64,000 nucleotides of DNA from Candidatus Binatia bacterium (GTDB taxonomy: Bacteria; Desulfobacterota; Binatia; UBA9968; CAXXLF01): positions 928,001-992,000 of the forward strand of contig CAXXLF010000001.1 in the NCBI GenBank assembly GCA_963664015.2, read 5' to 3'. The notes under the pieces are model-generated. The model searched no databases. It worked only from the letters and a program-made list of their open reading frames with translations, and had not been told where the DNA came from. Made by a program: the position numbers and the translations under genes. Positions 60,093 to 64,000 of the stretch are shown here, one piece after another; positions within the stretch are counted from its first letter, which is position 1; each line of letters begins with the position of its first letter.

Positions 60093-61514
60093 TTAACCCC
60101 ATGGCTCGATGGGAATTCGATCCCACTGCTCCCGACTCAAGAGTTTCAGGGGGTCGATTTTCTCTAGCACATCAGACGGTATTGAAAGGCGCTCCGCAAA
60201 GGCCGAGCCCAACGGCTTCGTGCAGTCGAAACCGACCTTGGTCGTGGTCGTTCCATCCAGAGAGCTCGGGTCCAGCACGCCTCCGGTCAGTCCAGGTAAC
60301 ACAATAAGTCCGCGATCGGCCTGGAAACGCATCGCCATGGCCAGTAAAATCTCTTTCTCATCGAAGATGTCCACGTCCTCGTCAAATACGAAGACGTGCT
60401 TGTGGCCGAAGGAAGCCGACAGGGCCGCCACGGCGGCAACCTTTCCCTGCCCCTCTACGGTCTTACGGATCTGAACGTAAACATGCATGCATCCTCCACC
60501 CGACATGGGAAGGTGCACCGCACGAGCCCCGGGCACCACGCTTCGCACCGCCCTTAGAACTTCGCCTTCCTTGTTGAGACTGCTGATCCAATGGGTGTGA
60601 CCCACCATGACATTGTCCCAATAGGCATGGCGACGACGGGTGATAGCGGTCACCTTGAACGTCGGGTTCCATCGCTGCGGCCCCACGTAGCGGGTAAATT
60701 CGCCAAAGGGACCCTCCGGCCTACGGTGCCCCTTGGGGACGAATCCTTCGATGACAACTTCCGCATCGGCCGGGACCAGGAAGTCGTCCCCCAGGGTCTC
60801 GGAAGGAACGAGACGAACCGGCGACCCAAGGGTCCCCCCTGCCGCCTCGTAATGACTCTCATCGGGTCCTACATGGCTAGCGGCACCCAGCAAGACCAGC
60901 GGGTGGTGCCCCACCCAGTAAGCTGCCGGCATATCTTCGCCCGCCGCTTCGTATTCCCGGAGATTATGGGCATTGTGGGAGTTCCGCCCCAAAAATACCC
61001 GAATTTCATTTTGGTTGAATAACCATCCCCGATGCATCGCCGAGTTGTCCAGCCGGGACTCCAAGTTATGGGTGAGAAACAACCCTTCGGTAATGTACCG
61101 TCCGGGATCCATGCGGTGGTGGAGGGGCGCAGGGAACCGGCGGACATCCACATCAGATCCCTTTTCCACCACCTCTTTAACCGGCGCCTCGTTACGGGCA
61201 ACCACCACCGGCTTGCGTCTTTCCTGTACCCGCTCATAGCAGGCCACTCCCGCCTGCTGGACATCCGCTCCCAGGGCGCGAGCCAGGCGAATGCGGCTGG
61301 CCATAAGAAAAGTGACCAGCGGCATCTCCATCCGTTGCCCGTCCACTATAACGTTATGGCAAACGAGCACAGGGAAACGCTTTGCCTTTTCAAACTTGGT
61401 GGCCAATGCGGTAATCTCCCAGGCCGCATTCAGGGGCTCCTCGATATGCACCACCTCATCGGGGTAGTCCTTCTCGTATTGGTCCAAATAGGAATGCAAG
61501 TCATACTGACTCAT
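60093..61514 (-). CDS. UbiD family decarboxylase #4
   Basis: DLHSYLD, DPGRYIT, AMHRG, EGPFGEFTRY, LDPS, VGFDCT; start set at the ATG at 61514. Confidence 0.88.
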   Translation of the reverse strand: MSQYDLHSYLDQYEKDYPDEVVHIEEPLNAAWEITALATKFEKAKRFPVLVCHNVIVDGQRMEMPLVTFLMASRIRLARALGADVQQAGVACYERVQERRKPVVVARNEAPVKEVVEKGSDVDVRRFPAPLHHRMDPGRYITEGLFLTHNLESRLDNSAMHRGWLFNQNEIRVFLGRNSHNAHNLREYEAAGEDMPAAYWVGHHPLVLLGAASHVGPDESHYEAAGGTLGSPVRLVPSETLGDDFLVPADAEVVIEGFVPKGHRRPEGPFGEFTRYVGPQRWNPTFKVTAITRRRHAYWDNVMVGHTHWISSLNKEGEVLRAVRSVVPGARAVHLPMSGGGCMHVYVQIRKTVEGQGKVAAVAALSASFGHKHVFVFDEDVDIFDEKEILLAMAMRFQADRGLIVLPGLTGGVLDPSSLDGTTTTKVGFDCTKPLGSAFAERLSIPSDVLEKIDPLKLLSREQWDRIPIEPWG

Positions 61515-61630
61515 AGCTAGACTCCCTAAAAAGCCACTCAACCTCTATTATAGTGGGCTTTGGTTGATAACCGACACGACTCCACCTGTTATATCCCCAG
61601 CATTTCCAATGATTCAATGAATGACTGGGT

Positions 61631-62809
61631 TCAACGTGAATCGGGTTGAGAGGCGAGTACCACGTTTTGATCCGCCAACCCTATCGGCGTCACCCACTGT
61701 TTGAGCGGAAGTCCCGCCCCATAGGCCCCGAGCTCACGCTCCCAAATCTTTCGTATGAAGACCAGCCCGATATCGTTCGGAACCAGTCGTTCATTGGTGC
61801 GATCGGGGATGGCGCCCTGACCAACCAGAGTTACGTAATCCTCCACCCAGAAAGAGTAGTATGTTGGTGTTTCCCGATCCATGTCCTCGATACGAGCCTT
61901 CCCCGCAAGCACGGCCTCAGCTATATCGTTCGGCGATTGGCTCATAGTGGCCCGAGCCTGTTGCCGGCGTTCCTGATACCGACCGGCCGCCTCTCCCGTC
62001 AGCGGGATCCAGTCTACGATGAAGGTCACGTTGCTTTCGTCGTCGATGGGAACATGCATCAAATAGCGATCCACAAACAAGTTCTTCACGTCTTCCAGGG
62101 AACCTTCCACCCGAGCTCGAGAACGCGACTGGATAACATTCGGCATATGAAAATGGATGTATTGCACCGGTGCTCCAGGGACATTGGACCCCATTCTGCA
62201 CCCGTACTCGGTCTCCTCCGCAGACACCTTGCGCGGGACGAGACGGTCCGTTTGCCCCGCCCGCGATAAGGACTCACGATGGACGAAGGGCACGTGAGCC
62301 GGATCGTTTTCAATCCGGTTAAAGTAGTTGCACGGCCAGATCTCCGGGGTCCCCGCCTCCAAGATACCTGGCCTCTCCATATCTGGGTACCGTCGTAACG
62401 GCGGAGGCTCCCCTTCACCTAGGTAGGCAAAGATAAGCCCCAGATATTCCTGCGTGGGGTAGCTGCGGATCTTCACTTTGGGCCCATTGGATTCCTCTTC
62501 CCCAGGTTGCTCGACACATTGTCCAGAACCGTCGTACTTCCAGCCATGGTAACGGCACCGGACGCAATCCCCCTCCACCCAACCGGTGGCTAGTTGAGTC
62601 CCCCGATGGGCGCAACGAAAGGCCACCACATAGGGCGTCCCGGTCTCGCCCCTGTAAAGAGTGAACCACTCGCTCATGATTTGAATTGGGACTATCTTCC
62701 CTGACGGTAAATCCTGAGCTCGATAGACCGGTTGCCAGAACCTCCGCAGGTAACTGCCAGCCATCGTGCCAGGGCCGGTTCGTGCAAAATCAATAGACGC
62801 ATCACTCAT
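61631..62809 (-). CDS. Rieske oxygenase (LigXa/phthalate dioxygenase-like alpha3 type)
   Basis: TGPGTMAGSYLRRFWQP, CAHRG...CRYHGW, ENDPAHVPFVH, VEDYVTLVGQG. Confidence 0.88.
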   Translation of the reverse strand: MSDASIDFARTGPGTMAGSYLRRFWQPVYRAQDLPSGKIVPIQIMSEWFTLYRGETGTPYVVAFRCAHRGTQLATGWVEGDCVRCRYHGWKYDGSGQCVEQPGEEESNGPKVKIRSYPTQEYLGLIFAYLGEGEPPPLRRYPDMERPGILEAGTPEIWPCNYFNRIENDPAHVPFVHRESLSRAGQTDRLVPRKVSAEETEYGCRMGSNVPGAPVQYIHFHMPNVIQSRSRARVEGSLEDVKNLFVDRYLMHVPIDDESNVTFIVDWIPLTGEAAGRYQERRQQARATMSQSPNDIAEAVLAGKARIEDMDRETPTYYSFWVEDYVTLVGQGAIPDRTNERLVPNDIGLVFIRKIWERELGAYGAGLPLKQWVTPIGLADQNVVLASQPDSR

Positions 62810-62857
62810 GACCTTGACTCCTGCAGCCTGAAAACCGACATTGGAAAAGATCCGTAA

Positions 62858-63898
62858 TCAGCCCAAAATCTCCCCAACTTTATAAAATCTCTTGGCGTTA
62901 CCACCCAGGAGCGCGGCCTTGTGCTCTGCCTTGATATCTTTGCGCTCCAAGATTTCGTCGATTTCACCCATGGCGTTGTCAACGGCGATCTCGTGGGGAA
63001 AGTCCGAGGCGAACATAAACGGTTCGGGACCTACCCTCTCGATGGAATAGGCTAGGGCCGTTTCATTACCTTCACATCCAACGAAGATCTTTCCGCAACG
63101 GAAATAATCGGCCGGGGCACGTCCGAGATTTAGGCTCCCATATTCGACCTCCCGCGCCAGCCGGTCAATGACCAAGGGGATCCAGCTGGTCCCGCCTTCC
63201 ATGAAGCCGACCCTCAGATTGGGGAAGCGATCGAACACGCCGTCGGCGATCATTCCCGTCGTCGCTATGGCCAGGGGGAAAGGCATGCCGAGGGCCCGGG
63301 TCGGTGGAAAGACCGTAAAGGTGTTGAATCCCAGGTCGATGTAACTTCCACCGTGAACCGCCATGACACAGTCCAGTTTCTCCGCCTCCTCATAGATCGG
63401 CCAAAACTCTTTGGCACTGATATGCTTTTTGAGACCGTTAGACGGGATCATGGCGCCAACCATCCCCAGTTCCTTGACCGACCGTCTCAACTCTACCACG
63501 GCAGCAGAGGGATCCTGCATGGGAATCAATGCCACCGCCTTAAAGCGGGGGCTGAACTTCAGGTATTTCTCATACATCCAATTGTTATACGCCTTGGCAA
63601 AGACTATCGCCCAGTCCGGATAGACAACATGGCCATAGGCCAAACCCAGTGTCGGAAATAAGACGGAACATTCGGTCTCTGTCTTATCGAGAAACTCAAG
63701 CCAACGTTCTGGCCCGACGCTGGGATCAAATGTCCCCGGTTGGCGCGGCCGAGCATTCGGAGTATGGAACTCGTCCAGACTAGGCAGCATGAGCCGTGAC
63801 GAGATGTACCGATCGTTAAACGGGGCTTCAATGAACTCGTTAAGCTCTTGCTCGTTTTCCATCACGTGCCCATCGGCATCAATATATCCTTTTCCCAT
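62858..63898 (-). CDS. Amidohydrolase_2 family protein (ACMSD/LigW/LigJ-like decarboxylase or hydratase)
   Basis: IDADGH, AYNNW, AVHG, FDRFPNLRVGFMEGG, FASDFPH. Confidence 0.87.
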   Translation of the reverse strand: MGKGYIDADGHVMENEQELNEFIEAPFNDRYISSRLMLPSLDEFHTPNARPRQPGTFDPSVGPERWLEFLDKTETECSVLFPTLGLAYGHVVYPDWAIVFAKAYNNWMYEKYLKFSPRFKAVALIPMQDPSAAVVELRRSVKELGMVGAMIPSNGLKKHISAKEFWPIYEEAEKLDCVMAVHGGSYIDLGFNTFTVFPPTRALGMPFPLAIATTGMIADGVFDRFPNLRVGFMEGGTSWIPLVIDRLAREVEYGSLNLGRAPADYFRCGKIFVGCEGNETALAYSIERVGPEPFMFASDFPHEIAVDNAMGEIDEILERKDIKAEHKAALLGGNAKRFYKVGEILG

Positions 63899-63946
63899 AT
63901 GCGTTCCCCCCTTTTGTACTATTTGGAATTGACAGTTTCGTTATGA

Positions 63947-64000
63947 CTACAGAAAATGGCCCCCACCATCCACCAACAGGAGTTGTCCCGTCATAAAGTC
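63947..64000 (-). CDS. C-terminal end of an SDR family oxidoreductase (partial)
   Basis: Manual translation DFMTGQLLLVDGGGHFL*, the classical SDR TGxxxxVDGG tail. Confidence 0.75.
   Translation of the reverse strand, partial: DFMTGQLLLVDGGGHFL

Overview
Bacterial chromosomal window, almost entirely coded on the minus strand. Gene style and content suggest an uncultured Deltaproteobacteria-like lineage such as Ca. Binatia; this is inference only. Bases 1-19.5 kb are core genes: an Rrf2-nuoB-sufBCDSU Fe-S operon, def, aspS, hisS, uvrC and uvrB. They are interrupted by a small accessory patch with a sigma-54 promoter and decayed pilin-like ORF, a RidA, a deiodinase-like selenoprotein (in-frame UGA plus SECIS-like hairpin, split in the ORF track), a cupin and a comEC pseudogene. 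Bases 19.6-64 kb are a dense, paralog-rich aromatic/heteroaromatic catabolic region: 5 Rieske oxygenase alpha subunits with 1 beta, 4 UbiD-family decarboxylases, 2 dihydrodiol-dehydrogenase-like proteins, a Pht5-like decarboxylase, a CoA-transferase III pair, 3 heme-oxygenase-fold proteins, a NahE-like aldolase and ABC transport genes. No reductase, ferredoxin, UbiX or regulator is visible in it. The best candidate for an undescribed system is at 52-60 kb. Five 3-His monocupin paralogs (a tandem triplet, one operon copy, one distant copy) accompany a single His-less partner cupin, co-oriented with a degenerate EutA-like protein, a Cdc48-type AAA+ ATPase with a natural Walker-B E-to-Q change, and a class II aldolase. 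No rRNA, tRNA, CRISPR array or transposase was seen. All family calls come from motif recognition by eye, not database searches.
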